From the IMG/VR virus record IMGVR_UViG_3300048587_001148: a stretch of 64,000 bases of DNA; one strand, 5' to 3'. The translations under genes and the position numbers were made by a program. The notes below the pieces were generated by a model. The model saw nothing but the letters and a program-made list of their open reading frames with translations, searched no databases and was not told where the DNA came from. Positions within the stretch are counted from its first letter, which is position 1; each line of letters starts with the position of its first letter. Shown here piece after piece: positions 44,219 to 54,189 of this stretch. The stretch is from an uncultured virus (IMG/VR IMGVR_UViG_3300048587_001148). Lineage: Duplodnaviria > Heunggongvirae > Uroviricota > Caudoviricetes.

Positions 44219-45244
44219 CTAGGGGGTCCCACTGTTCGAGAGTACAGTGGGACCCCCGTCCGACACCAAGCCCCCGTGGATGGTAAATGCATGTGGGGCT
44301 GACACTTTCCGCTCTAGGGCCGCTTCCAGCATCGACCTGACAGAATCGGTCTCTGGAGAGAGGCGCAAGAAGATGTGCCAGGAGACGGAAGGAACTGGCG
44401 CGGTGCGATCGTACGCGATGCTGTCTCCCGCGACGGTGCGTGCAATCTGCGTGAGCTTCGTTTGAAACGGAGTACCTGCGATCACAGTGGCGATCCCCGT
44501 GATACCGAGTTGGTCGGTGCATCCATCGGGTGTCGCGGTGCCTTCTCGTTCAGCCCACGAAAGCCCTAATGCCGCGGCGACGGAGGTCGGAGCCCAGCTG
44601 AGCGCGCGATCGAGTGTGGTATCCCCTCGTTGCCTGAGTATGCGCGGTGCGACGTTGTACTGCAGGTGAAGTGCGTTGCCGGTAAAGGAGCTCGTGCTTC
44701 GGAAGACTTCACCGGGTTCTCCACGCAGCACTTCGGCTGTTCCCTCGATGGCCATGCGTAATGCAATGCGTCCGTCCGTCGTCGTGCGTGACGCCATTGT
44801 CCGCATCCTTCCTGCTGGCAACTGATCCTCTAGCGCATGGACGTATTCATGCCCGATGGAGGCGTTGTCAGACCCGAGCAGGAAGAGGGTGTCCGTGCCG
44901 GGGACATAGAACGCCTCCAGCCCGTTGGGCGCGCGGAGGCCAAGGGGTAGGAGCGGTTTGCCGTCTTCAATCACGGCTTGATTTGGGGCCAAGAGCCCGA
45001 GGCTCTGTAGCGCCTCAATCTGACATCGCTCGAGTGCGGTCGTGCTGTGTGCTTGTGCCGCGGTGAGTCGTGCGCTCGCCGCGTCCCGGCCGAGTGATGT
45101 GATTGTGATGGGGCGTGCGGGGCGTGGCCATGTGTCGGGCGGCGTGAACGGGGCGGACATTGGGTGGGTCACGGCGTATGCCGTAAGTGCAACGGCAATC
45201 GCGGCAACGGTCACGAGGAGCTTTGTGTCTCCCGTGGGGCTCAC
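44219..45244 (-). CDS. Membrane-anchored zincin-like metallopeptidase, 341 aa
   Basis: AFYVP..L, HEYVH motif, downstream EG.AE third ligand. Confidence 0.75.
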   Translation of the reverse strand: MSPTGDTKLLVTVAAIAVALTAYAVTHPMSAPFTPPDTWPRPARPITITSLGRDAASARLTAAQAHSTTALERCQIEALQSLGLLAPNQAVIEDGKPLLPLGLRAPNGLEAFYVPGTDTLFLLGSDNASIGHEYVHALEDQLPAGRMRTMASRTTTDGRIALRMAIEGTAEVLRGEPGEVFRSTSSFTGNALHLQYNVAPRILRQRGDTTLDRALSWAPTSVAAALGLSWAEREGTATPDGCTDQLGITGIATVIAGTPFQTKLTQIARTVAGDSIAYDRTAPVPSVSWHIFLRLSPETDSVRSMLEAALERKVSAPHAFTIHGGLVSDGGPTVLSNSGTP

Positions 45245-45897
45245 TGGCGCAGCTTCTCTGCGATTTGCCGCGCCTGTCGCCAGACAGCGAGCGGGTCGAC
45301 GGTCGCGCCGTTGTAGAAGATTTCGTAGTGCAGGTGGGGCCCCGTCGAGAGCCCCGTTGAGCCGACAAGCCCGATCCGTCGCCCTGGCTGTACGGAGTCA
45401 TTGAGGGACACATTGATGCTGGAGAGGTGGGCGTACCGCGTGATCCATTGTACCCCGTGCGCAATTTCAATGGTTCGTCCAAACCCGCCGCGCCACCCCG
45501 TGTAGACAACGCGTCCCGGCGCCGCGGTGTAGACAGGGGTCCCGTGCGGCGCCGCGAAATCAACTCCCCAGTGGGCAGTCGGAATTCCGAGGATGGGATG
45601 CCGTACCGGTCGACTGCTGTAGCCGCGACTGAGTGACCCTGCGCGGAGGAGTGGGTCTCGCCATGGCACCCCAGCGAGGACGTTGGCGGCGCGTGGCTTG
45701 CGCCCTCCGGGGCCGGTCCCGTCGGCGAGTAGTGGTCCTGGCCCAGGATCATGTTCGGTGGAATCCCTCACAAGATCAGCATCGAGCACCGCCTGCTCCG
45801 GTAGCACGGTGGTTGCTGGGTCCGGCAGACGGAGGGCCATGAAGGAGCCCGCCAGGAGTAGTCCCACTCCCTTGACTGCAAGCCGTCGTCCGTTCAT
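45241..45897 (-). CDS. M23-family peptidoglycan metallopeptidase, 218 aa
   Basis: HWGVD, YAHL, STGPHLHYE. Confidence 0.93.
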   Translation of the reverse strand: MNGRRLAVKGVGLLLAGSFMALRLPDPATTVLPEQAVLDADLVRDSTEHDPGPGPLLADGTGPGGRKPRAANVLAGVPWRDPLLRAGSLSRGYSSRPVRHPILGIPTAHWGVDFAAPHGTPVYTAAPGRVVYTGWRGGFGRTIEIAHGVQWITRYAHLSSINVSLNDSVQPGRRIGLVGSTGLSTGPHLHYEIFYNGATVDPLAVWRQARQIAEKLRQ

Positions 45898-46652
45898 GCC
45901 TGCCCCTTGCTCGGTGTGCTGGTGGTGCGCTGCACCTGCTTCGGTGTTGGAGTGGGTGTCGTGGGCTGGCCCGGAGTGCCGGCGATGTCTGCGGACTGGA
46001 CGATGACCCGACCCGGGCCTGTCAGCTGGTTGATCAGGAAGCCCTGATTGCCGAAGAGGAGCGCCCAGACATTTCCTGCGGTTTGAATGTCGTACCCGAT
46101 GGTCGCATCGAAGCCAACAAGGTTGCGGGGGCTGGTCTGAATCTCCACCTTCTCACCCAGGTTCCAACGGAGCGCGCGGCCCGTCGCTCGCAGGAAGAGG
46201 TCACCTTCGCCGGTGTAGCGGGCGAAGACAAACCCCTGTCCCCCGAAGAGTCCGGCGCGAATGCGGCGGGTAAATCCAACGCTCATGGTCATGTTGCCAG
46301 TCGAGGCGAGAAACGTCCCTCGCGCCGCGAAGAAGCTATCCCCCTTGCGGAGGGGAACCCGAATGATTCGACTGGGGGTGGGTGAGGCGAGCACGACCGT
46401 GGTTGGCGCCTTGGGGGTGATGCTGGCCATGATCGGGTTTTCTCCGGCGAGCCGACGCCACATCGGCTCGAGCAGGCGGTCTCCCCAGGCGACGTCAAAT
46501 CCGGGGAAGTGGCCCGCGGCCGCGAGGAAGGCGCGGCCGTCACACATGACGCGGTCGCCGGCCCCGAGGCGGAGTTCCAGGGTTTGTGCATCGAATCCGC
46601 TGATCCGACCAGGGGCTGGCCCGTCATCCCATGAGTAGTGCTTGTCTGACAT
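45894..46652 (-). CDS. AIM24-family protein, 252 aa
   Basis: AGENP, GLFGGQGFVFARYTGEG, LFGNQGFL..LTGPGRVIVQS repeats. Confidence 0.85.
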   Translation of the reverse strand: MSDKHYSWDDGPAPGRISGFDAQTLELRLGAGDRVMCDGRAFLAAAGHFPGFDVAWGDRLLEPMWRRLAGENPIMASITPKAPTTVVLASPTPSRIIRVPLRKGDSFFAARGTFLASTGNMTMSVGFTRRIRAGLFGGQGFVFARYTGEGDLFLRATGRALRWNLGEKVEIQTSPRNLVGFDATIGYDIQTAGNVWALLFGNQGFLINQLTGPGRVIVQSADIAGTPGQPTTPTPTPKQVQRTTSTPSKGQA

Positions 46653-46691
46653 GCCGTAGGATGGGGGACGCCCGAAAGCCCTGCCAAGAAC

Positions 46692-48599
46692 TTAGGGCTT
46701 CGGCCGTCCCTGCGGAGGGCGTTGGGACGGCGGTGGGGCACTTGGGCGTGCTGGGCTCGGGGCGAAACCCGGCCTGGGGGGTGGCTCGATATCTCGGTGG
46801 CGCCGGTTCCAGGAACGTTCGATGACGCGGATCCTGAAGCTCGAGATCTGTTCGTCCGTCGCGGTCGTTCCGCTGAGGAAGATCGGCCGGAGGAACGGCT
46901 GCATGACCGCGGCAGTCGAGGCGGGCATCTCGTGGGTTTGCGGCGGAGAGGTGGCCCCAGCCACGTGGATCCGTGCCCAGCAGTGTGCCAGCTCGATGAG
47001 GCTCATGGCGCGCAGCGTGACCAGGGTGACCAGGCTTGGTGCTCCCTCAAGGTCGGTGGCGCATTGCTCAAGCTCGGCTTGGGTGATTTCGTCGCGGGTC
47101 AGGGCCCGAGATAGGCTGCTGGCGACGGCTTCGTGGTAGTAGTCCCAGAGCGAGACCCAGTCCACGTTGTCGCTGGGGGGAGCCGGCAGTCGGGAGAGAA
47201 GGTTTGTTTCCCACTGGCGCAGCGTTCGGCGCTGGCGCTCAAGTCGGGCGAGGGATCCGTGGTCGTGGGGGGCTCCCGTCAGCTGGAGTCCCCACCACTG
47301 ATCGGTGCTGGGGACAGACAGGTGGTCGGCCGCCACTTGGAGCGCGAGGTGCTGGAGCTCCACGGCCTCCGTGCCGCGAATGACCTCGTCGGTCATCCAT
47401 TTCTGTACCATCGCGATGAGCGCCCCAGCGGGCGTGCCGAGCCCTGCTTCCTCGTGGAGGAGCAACGCCAGGAGCTCGAGTGAGGTCCCCGCGGGGAGCG
47501 GGAGCGGTTCCGTCGTCGCGTTACGCCGTGGTGCCGGCGCGGCATTGCGACGTTCATGATCGTTGATCCAACGATCCCTAAGTTGGCGCATCTTCTGTTG
47601 CAGTCGACGGGCCTTGGTGTCGCTCGGTTCCTCTCGCCCCAGGCGAGTCGTCAACGTGCGGATGACTTCCTCCGACCAGGGGTAGCCGATCGGTGGTGGG
47701 CCATCGCCTGTTGCCCCCATGATTTCGGCTTCCATGTAGAGCATGTGGCGCAGCATGGTTTGCGTGTACCACAACTGCAGCTTGACGCCGCCAACGGGTG
47801 GCGGCAGTCTGCCGTCATGGATGAGTTGGGTTGGTGCAGGACCTCGGTCCGGATCCCTGAGCGGCTTGTTTTGCTGCTTACTCGGGGTGAAGGGGCCGAA
47901 GGCGCCTTGGGTTAGCGCGGGCACTGGTGCACCCGGAATATCAACCACGGGGTCGGGGAGGTATGAGGTTGCCCCGACGAATCCCGCCTGATACATGCGG
48001 ACCCAGGCACGGTGAATGCCTGCGCGGACAGCAGCTCCATACTCGTCGCGCGCGCCATTGCGATCCGGATCTGTCGAGGAGGCGGAGGGGTTAGTCTTGC
48101 TCGCCTCAATCAGTGCGTGGTGGCGTCGGGCGCTTGCTCGACTCCCCGATAGCCCGCTCTGGGTGATCTCGGTTTCCACTTCGCGCCAGACGACTTGTTC
48201 ATCAATGTCTTGCAGGAACCGATCGCACATGTGCCGCAAGAGGTGCTCGTTAATGCCGGCATGCCGGCCTGCGGTCAGGAGTGTCCACATGTCCACGAGC
48301 GCATCGCCAAGCATCCAGCTCCACTGCGTATCGTCGATCGCTCCGGGCGACCCTTCGGGATGCCGTGCGGCGCGACGAAGCGCTTCGCTGGTGCGCGACC
48401 AAAGGCTCCAGAGCGCCTCTGTGACAGGGCCAATGTCGGTGTGCCCCTCGCTGGTTGCCTCACGCAGTGAAGGTGGGAGCGTATCAGCGCTGATCCCCTG
48501 GAGGCGTTCCTGGACCCAGGCAATGGCTGTGTCGCCCTTCAGTGTAGCAAGGGGTGCGATGGGGTCCCAGGCGGCAAGCGGGAGGTGGGTCTTCTGCAT
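46692..48599 (-). CDS. Hypothetical helical protein, 635 aa
   Basis: Long ORF; TATCGT 6 nt upstream of ATG. Confidence 0.75.
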   Translation of the reverse strand: MQKTHLPLAAWDPIAPLATLKGDTAIAWVQERLQGISADTLPPSLREATSEGHTDIGPVTEALWSLWSRTSEALRRAARHPEGSPGAIDDTQWSWMLGDALVDMWTLLTAGRHAGINEHLLRHMCDRFLQDIDEQVVWREVETEITQSGLSGSRASARRHHALIEASKTNPSASSTDPDRNGARDEYGAAVRAGIHRAWVRMYQAGFVGATSYLPDPVVDIPGAPVPALTQGAFGPFTPSKQQNKPLRDPDRGPAPTQLIHDGRLPPPVGGVKLQLWYTQTMLRHMLYMEAEIMGATGDGPPPIGYPWSEEVIRTLTTRLGREEPSDTKARRLQQKMRQLRDRWINDHERRNAAPAPRRNATTEPLPLPAGTSLELLALLLHEEAGLGTPAGALIAMVQKWMTDEVIRGTEAVELQHLALQVAADHLSVPSTDQWWGLQLTGAPHDHGSLARLERQRRTLRQWETNLLSRLPAPPSDNVDWVSLWDYYHEAVASSLSRALTRDEITQAELEQCATDLEGAPSLVTLVTLRAMSLIELAHCWARIHVAGATSPPQTHEMPASTAAVMQPFLRPIFLSGTTATDEQISSFRIRVIERSWNRRHRDIEPPPRPGFAPSPARPSAPPPSQRPPQGRPKP

Positions 48600-48651
48600 G
48601 GCTGAACGATACTTGGGGGGCAGGGGTCACCCATAAGGGCGTGGGCTGCAC

Positions 48652-48673
48652 AAAAAGGCACCCAAGCGCCTTT
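48652..48673 (-). terminator. Rho-independent terminator-like hairpin
   Basis: Minus strand AAAGGCGC-TTGG-GTGCCTTTTT. Confidence 0.5.
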
Positions 48674-48764
48674 GCCGTCCCCGTGCTGCCTGGTAGGTTC
48701 CTGTTGTGGGTGCTGGTCGGCTGTCACTGGGTTCGCCTTTCTCTCGTCCTTGCACGAGGTCCTG

Positions 48765-48995
48765 ATGGCGTTGGCGTCCTGTCGTGACTGTGGGAATGAT
48801 GCCCCGTCCGGAATCCGGATCTGCCCCTACTGCGGCACTGTGGCCCCTCACAGCGCCGGTGGCAGCGTCCGGGCGCGTCTTGTGTCTTTCCTGCTGCTGG
48901 CCGTGTTGATCGGTTGGCTCTGGGCTGGCAGTTGTGCGGACGTGCCCGTCGTGGTGTTCGTGGGTTCCGGTCGATGGCTCTCACCCGGAGGTTGA
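48765..48995 (+). CDS. Zinc-ribbon membrane protein, 76 aa
   Basis: MALASCRDCG..ICPYCG followed by a TM segment; GAGG upstream. Confidence 0.7.
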   Translation: MALASCRDCGNDAPSGIRICPYCGTVAPHSAGGSVRARLVSFLLLAVLIGWLWAGSCADVPVVVFVGSGRWLSPGG

Positions 48996-48997
48996 TC

Positions 48998-49555
48998 GTG
49001 CTGCGTTGTCTGATGTGTGCACTGGTGGTGATGTCGATCACCGTGCCGTCTCGGGTGGCTGCCCAGAAGAATTGCACTCGTGGCATCCCCTGCGGGAATA
49101 CCTGCATTGCGGCAAACCGTACTTGTCGCGTGGGGACCACTCGTTCGGCGGTACCGCGCGCGCCGTCATCCCCACCAGTGGCTGCACGTGTGTCGGAAGG
49201 CCGTGCACAGTATGTCGCGTCCCGTCGCGGCAAGGTCTACTATCGCAAGGGGTGCCGTGCGGCCGCTGCGTTGGCACCCCAGAATGTGATCACGTTCGCG
49301 AGCGCGTCCGCGGCGGCGGCTGCGGGCTATCGGCCATCCACTCAGGCTGGCTGTGGTCCGGTCCAGGAGCTCCCTGGGGGGACAGAGGAACAGCCTGCGG
49401 CGTCCGCGCGGGTGTTCCTGTCCAGTCGGAATGGTGGCTTTTTCTATCGCGCCGGGTGCCCGGTCGCCGCGGAACTCGCCGACACGGTGTGGTTCCCCTC
49501 GGCCGAGGCCGCGACGCAATCCGGACGACGGGCCAGCGCGGTGCCTGGTTGCTGA
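48998..49555 (+). CDS. Exported Cys-rich protein with two Ada metal-binding-like repeats, about 185 aa
   Basis: GGAGG then GTG; C..G.PCGNTCI...TC; YVAS..GKVYY..GC..F.S..AA..AGYRP, repeated twice. Confidence 0.6.
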   Translation: MLRCLMCALVVMSITVPSRVAAQKNCTRGIPCGNTCIAANRTCRVGTTRSAVPRAPSSPPVAARVSEGRAQYVASRRGKVYYRKGCRAAAALAPQNVITFASASAAAAAGYRPSTQAGCGPVQELPGGTEEQPAASARVFLSSRNGGFFYRAGCPVAAELADTVWFPSAEAATQSGRRASAVPGC

Positions 49556-49582
49556 CTTGCCGTCCATTGGAGGCTTCTGCAC

Positions 49583-51913
49583 TTAGGTGATCCGCAGCGT
49601 GGATTCCTTCCTCTTCGCTCCCTGGTCTTGGCGTAGGCGCTCCGCCAGGTGTGAGCGGCGGATGACGCCGTCCATGTTTTGCGCCGCCCGCTCGAGCAAC
49701 GTGAGGGGGCCGAGCCAAATGGCTCCCTCTTTTGCCCGTGTGATGCCCGTGTAGATCAATGGGCGATTCAGCATGCGCATGTTCATGCTGGAATCCGCCA
49801 CGAGGAAGGCATAGCGCGCCTCACTCCCTTGTGCACGGTGAATCGACATGGCGTACGCTGGTCCCAGCTGCCCGTACTCTGCAGCACCACGATACCGCAC
49901 TGGACTGGTCCAGTCATCGTAGCGCACGTCGATCGTGCGGCTCTTCGCATCAAGATCGACGATGGTGCCTACGGTGCCGTTCATGACCTCCGCCACGGCC
50001 TCGTCGGCCGCCAGGCGCAGCTTGTAGTTGTTGGCGAGCTGCATGACCTTGTCGCCGATTCTGGGGACGAATTTCCCGTCGATCGTCATGCGCCCTTCGG
50101 CAGCTGTCCCGTCGGGGTTCAGGGCGGCCTGCAGTGCTTCGTTGAGGCGGTAGAGGCCTGCGCGCCCTGGGCGTTGCGGCGCGTACACCTGGACATCCTG
50201 CAGGGGGTGCAGGTTCAGTTGCTCGATCCAGCGACGCACCGCCTGGACGGTCCAGCGAAGGACGACGTCCCCTTCGCTGCCTGTATCCGGGGTGTGGAAG
50301 GCGCGCAGGCGGTAGCCGTCCGTTTCGAATGTGGGCATCTCGCCGCGATTGATGGCATCAGCTGCGTCGACGATCGGTGAGCCGCCGGCCTGACGCCACA
50401 CCTCGGTCAATCGTGCCGTCGGCACCTGCTCGGAGTCCAGCAGATCCCGAAGGACCTGTCCGGGGCTCACGGACGGGAGTTGGTCCGGGTCACCGACCAG
50501 GATCAGGGCGGTCCTGCCGGCGCGAATGCGCCGCACGAGCTCCACGAAGAGTGCCAGGTCAACCATCGAGACCTCGTCGACGATGACTACGTCCTCCGTG
50601 AACTTTTCCCTGGGCGCGAGCTTCCGTGCGGGTTTGCCGCTGTGCAGTGCGACGTCGCCCGTCAGGCCTGCGGCCTTGTGGATCGTCATGGCGGGACGTC
50701 CGGTCATGTCGGCCGCTCGCTTGGCGGCCTTCCCGGTCGGGGCCAGCATGAGTACGCTCCGGCCGTGGGATTCCAGGAGGTCCATGAAGGACTTGAGTGT
50801 CCGCGTTTTGCCGCGGCCCGGTCCACCGACGAGGAGCGCAACAGGCGAACGCGCGAGGGTGGCAACCCCTTCTTGCTGCTCGAGCGAGAGTCCGCTGTCG
50901 GCCAGGAGTCGCAGGATCGCGGTACGCGATTTCGGCAGCGCCTGGGCGCCGCCGGCAATCAACTTGAGGAGGCCCGTCGCAGCCCCTTGTTCCAGGCGTT
51001 GCATCGCCCGCGTGTAGAAGTCGCCGTATTCTTCCCCGAGCACGCGCCGATCGACCGCTTCACGGAGGGCGCGCTCGAGCGCTTCTTGTGTCGCCTGTCC
51101 TTGGGGAATGCCAAGCGCCTTCGGTGCCCGACGCAGGATGTCATGGCGATGAATGCACACGTCACCCTCGCGAGTGAGCTCCCCAACGAGGTCGCGCAGT
51201 CCGAACAGCAGTCGCTCGGGATCCATGGGGTCGAGCGGGCGCCCGACCTGATCGGCGAAGAATTGGGCAACTCGTTCCGCCGTCCGGAACCCGACTTGCG
51301 GGAGCTGACAGAAGCGATATGGTGTCTCCCGCGCCAGCTGGAGCAGGGATGCTGCGCCGAATGAGCGCACCAGGTCGGCGACCTGATTGGCGTGCATGCC
51401 AGCGGACTGCAGGGAGGCGAAAACATCCAGGTCCCGGAAGCGCTGCGACCAGTCAGCGGCGCGCAGTCGTGCGCGCAGCCGCGGCGCCTTCGGGAAGAGT
51501 CGCTGCAGTGTTTCGGGGTCTTCGGTGGCAATCCGAATGGCTCCATCAAGGCTCCCGCCGGCGGTCAAGAGGGATTCCGCCTGCGGCTTGGCGAGCCCTT
51601 TGACCATGCCCCGCAAGAAGGCCACTTCGCCTTCGCGCGTGACCGGGGGGACCCGCTCGAGCTCATGCCATCGGAACCCCGGGCGACCATCCTCGCCGCG
51701 GGTGCGTTGCCCGCGGAGGCGCAGGATGTCACCCTCTTGGACCGGGCTCGCAGCGTCTCCCCAGCAGACCATGTCCTGCTTGCCGCCACCGCTCTCCGGC
51801 ACCAAACGCACACGCAGGAGGCCTTGGCGTGGATCCCAGCGCAGTACGCTGGAGACGCGGCCTCGAAACGTGATCAGGTTAGGCGCGGCGACGCGCTCTC
51901 CGGTGGCAGTCAT
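49583..51913 (-). CDS. recD2: RecD2-like SF1B DNA helicase, 776 aa
   Basis: HhH VGFRTAE; GGPGRGKT; APTGKAAKR; DEVSMVD; VGDPDQLPSV; AYAMSIHRAQGSE; YTGITRAK. Confidence 0.92.
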   Translation of the reverse strand: MTATGERVAAPNLITFRGRVSSVLRWDPRQGLLRVRLVPESGGGKQDMVCWGDAASPVQEGDILRLRGQRTRGEDGRPGFRWHELERVPPVTREGEVAFLRGMVKGLAKPQAESLLTAGGSLDGAIRIATEDPETLQRLFPKAPRLRARLRAADWSQRFRDLDVFASLQSAGMHANQVADLVRSFGAASLLQLARETPYRFCQLPQVGFRTAERVAQFFADQVGRPLDPMDPERLLFGLRDLVGELTREGDVCIHRHDILRRAPKALGIPQGQATQEALERALREAVDRRVLGEEYGDFYTRAMQRLEQGAATGLLKLIAGGAQALPKSRTAILRLLADSGLSLEQQEGVATLARSPVALLVGGPGRGKTRTLKSFMDLLESHGRSVLMLAPTGKAAKRAADMTGRPAMTIHKAAGLTGDVALHSGKPARKLAPREKFTEDVVIVDEVSMVDLALFVELVRRIRAGRTALILVGDPDQLPSVSPGQVLRDLLDSEQVPTARLTEVWRQAGGSPIVDAADAINRGEMPTFETDGYRLRAFHTPDTGSEGDVVLRWTVQAVRRWIEQLNLHPLQDVQVYAPQRPGRAGLYRLNEALQAALNPDGTAAEGRMTIDGKFVPRIGDKVMQLANNYKLRLAADEAVAEVMNGTVGTIVDLDAKSRTIDVRYDDWTSPVRYRGAAEYGQLGPAYAMSIHRAQGSEARYAFLVADSSMNMRMLNRPLIYTGITRAKEGAIWLGPLTLLERAAQNMDGVIRRSHLAERLRQDQGAKRKESTLRIT

Positions 51914-52001
51914 GATTCCTTTCAGTTCCCTCAGCGAGAGTAGGGGGCCGTGGTGGTCTTACGTTAGAGGAGGGGCGGGCCGTTGCATCCCCGCCCGTGC
52001 C

Positions 52002-52715
52002 TCATGTGGTGCGCAGGCGGAGGGCCTTCGGCAGGACCCAGACACGGTCCTCGCTCCATGGGAGGAAGAGCGGCACCCCGGTGATCGTCATGGCATCTCC
52101 CAGCAAGTGCGACAACCACCCGAGCCAGACTCCCCACCAGAGGGGAATCCATCCCAGGAGGGCGGTTCCCCCCATGAATGTTCCAAGCTGCAGATACAGA
52201 CGGTCCCCAAGGGCGCCGGCCGCATGACCGACCGTCCACAGGCTGTCCCCCACCGGGGCGCCCCAGGATTGCGCCCATGCAGCCGAGGTCAGGATGCCAC
52301 TGCCCCATCGGGCGATATCATCGGAGACCATCAGCCCCCAGACGCCTGCGGCGACCAGGAGGGCGGTCACCAGCGGGAGCGCCACACTTCCTGCGAGGGC
52401 CCCGAAGAGGCTGTGCGTGATCTGTCGATGCCCGAGGAATCGTCGTGCCCGCACGCGTCCCTTCCGCCAGCCACCATGGTCTCGCCCGAGCATCACCCAC
52501 GTGACCGGGTTACTCCCGATCCATCCGAGGATCCAGCGATAGACGGGGACCCTGCGGCTGAGCCACGCTCCATGGTGGTCGAGGTCCGGTGCAAGACTGC
52601 CGACAAGGGCCCCGGCCATGATCATGGCGCCCGCCGGGCTGGTCGGGTTCTCCAGGACCATGAGTCCGGCCACCCCGGCCATGGCCCCGAGGGTGGCATG
52701 GGCCTTGGCCTTCAC
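52002..52715 (-). CDS. Membrane metal-dependent hydrolase (YdjM-like), 237 aa
   Basis: GAGGAGG then GTG 52715; H, LAPDLDH, HRQITHSL, SHLLGDAMT..GVP. Confidence 0.85.
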   Translation of the reverse strand: MKAKAHATLGAMAGVAGLMVLENPTSPAGAMIMAGALVGSLAPDLDHHGAWLSRRVPVYRWILGWIGSNPVTWVMLGRDHGGWRKGRVRARRFLGHRQITHSLFGALAGSVALPLVTALLVAAGVWGLMVSDDIARWGSGILTSAAWAQSWGAPVGDSLWTVGHAAGALGDRLYLQLGTFMGGTALLGWIPLWWGVWLGWLSHLLGDAMTITGVPLFLPWSEDRVWVLPKALRLRTT

Positions 52716-52971
52716 GCCCCACCTCCTCGGAGGGGTCGGCACGCGTGCGCTGCACGCATTGGGCGTGTGGAGGTGGTCGTCATGGGCATGTGAGACCATA
52801 CACGCTGATGGCCTCATGGCGGATGGCGCCTCGACGGCCTGAGTCTCGACGGCCTGAGCCTCACAGCCTGGCAGTACAGCCTGGCGGCGCATCTTGGTGG
52901 TACATCTTGGCATCCGGGGCCCTCTCCACCCTCCCTTGGAGCCTCCCCCTTGCCGCCGTGAGTTCTTCCGT

Positions 52972-54000
52972 ATGCTGAACGCTCTCTACCGTCTTGACCC
53001 CCGCGTCCCCGCTGCCTCCCTCAGCCCGGCTGGCAAGTACAGCGTGCAGGGTATCCTCCGGCAGGTGGAGAGCGTCCCCTGGGGGGAGATTGACGGCAAG
53101 CAGGTGCGCCGGTGGGCCGGCCATGCGGATGACCGCGTGGCGATCGCTGTCCTGGAGGCGATCTACGCCTCCCCAGAGGCACAGCGACGAGATTGGTTCC
53201 AGGGCATCATGCGGGAGGTGGCCGATCGCGCCCAGGCGGCCGCGACCGCAGACCACGTGATGTGGGCCCCGCTGATTGACCGCGTGGCCATGTTCGAGGA
53301 CGGACGTCGGTATATCACCGACTTTGCCGATCGCCTCAGTGCCATCCAGGACTGGATCCGCAATGGGGCACCGGTCCCCCAGGTGATGGGTCTCCTGGAT
53401 TTCAAGTGTGAGCAGGTCGGCCTGATGGCCCTTCGGCAGGTCCGCCGCCTCGAGCCCTCGATCATCCCCCAGCTGGAGCGCAATCCCCGCTGGCTCCTCA
53501 TTCTGGTCCGCGAGAACTTCTATCTCACCGCGGAGGACACCGCCGTCCTCTGGCCGTGGCTAGAGAGCCGCTGGATGGACGGGGACATGCCGGCGGGTCG
53601 GGCCGTGGCGGAGCTCGTCGCTCGTCGGATGGTGAATCGTGGACGGGTGCGGGAGGTCATGTTGGATCTCTGGGCGCGTGCCACCGAGGCCACCGCCCCG
53701 GTCATCATGCCGACCACACTCGCGGGGCAGTGGCGTCTGGAGCCGGCAGAGCGTGACCGGATCATTGCCGGCATCGCGCGCGCTGGATTGATCGACCTCG
53801 CCATCGAAGCCATCGAGGCCCACCTGGTCCAGACGACCGAGCAGGCGCTCGAGCTGGCCCGCGCCTTCCCCCGGCCCAGCTTTGCCAGACGCCTGCAGGA
53901 GGCGGTTCCCAAGCTGGTCGAGCAGGTGGAGGCCATCGAACTCCTCGCCACGGCGCAGGATGATTCAGGGCAGGTCGAAGGTCTTGCCGCCGACCTGTAA
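52972..54000 (+). CDS. Hypothetical alpha-helical protein, about 342 aa
   Basis: Long ORF with GC3-rich codons; start uncertain. Confidence 0.7.
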   Translation: MLNALYRLDPRVPAASLSPAGKYSVQGILRQVESVPWGEIDGKQVRRWAGHADDRVAIAVLEAIYASPEAQRRDWFQGIMREVADRAQAAATADHVMWAPLIDRVAMFEDGRRYITDFADRLSAIQDWIRNGAPVPQVMGLLDFKCEQVGLMALRQVRRLEPSIIPQLERNPRWLLILVRENFYLTAEDTAVLWPWLESRWMDGDMPAGRAVAELVARRMVNRGRVREVMLDLWARATEATAPVIMPTTLAGQWRLEPAERDRIIAGIARAGLIDLAIEAIEAHLVQTTEQALELARAFPRPSFARRLQEAVPKLVEQVEAIELLATAQDDSGQVEGLAADL

Positions 54001-54091
54001 GCCGGTCACCTGCAGGCTGGTCGCTGGTGGGCCGACGTCCGCACGTCCGACATCCGCACGCCCAGTGGGGGCACCGGACGCCTGGACGGTT

Positions 54092-54166
54092 GTTCCCGTG
54101 CCCATCGTTCCCGTGCCCATCGTTCCAGTGCCGCTCGTCTCAGTGCCACTCGTCTCAGCGCCACTC
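54092..54166. repeat. Five drifting tandem 15-mers (GTTCCCGTGCCCATC to GTCTCAGCGCCACTC)
   Basis: Read directly; a further 15-mer pair at 54032-54061. Confidence 0.85.
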
Positions 54167-54189
54167 AGTGTCCGCAGGGGCTCCTGAGG

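Larger units (their letters stand above)
19432..46652. mobile_element. Conjugation module of a plasmid or ICE (relaxase-like genes, two T4CPs, mating-pair-formation operon)
   Basis: Co-located VirB4, VirD4-like x2, VirB2/3/6/8/9/10-like, M23 and OmpA genes; element boundaries not visible. Confidence 0.85.
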
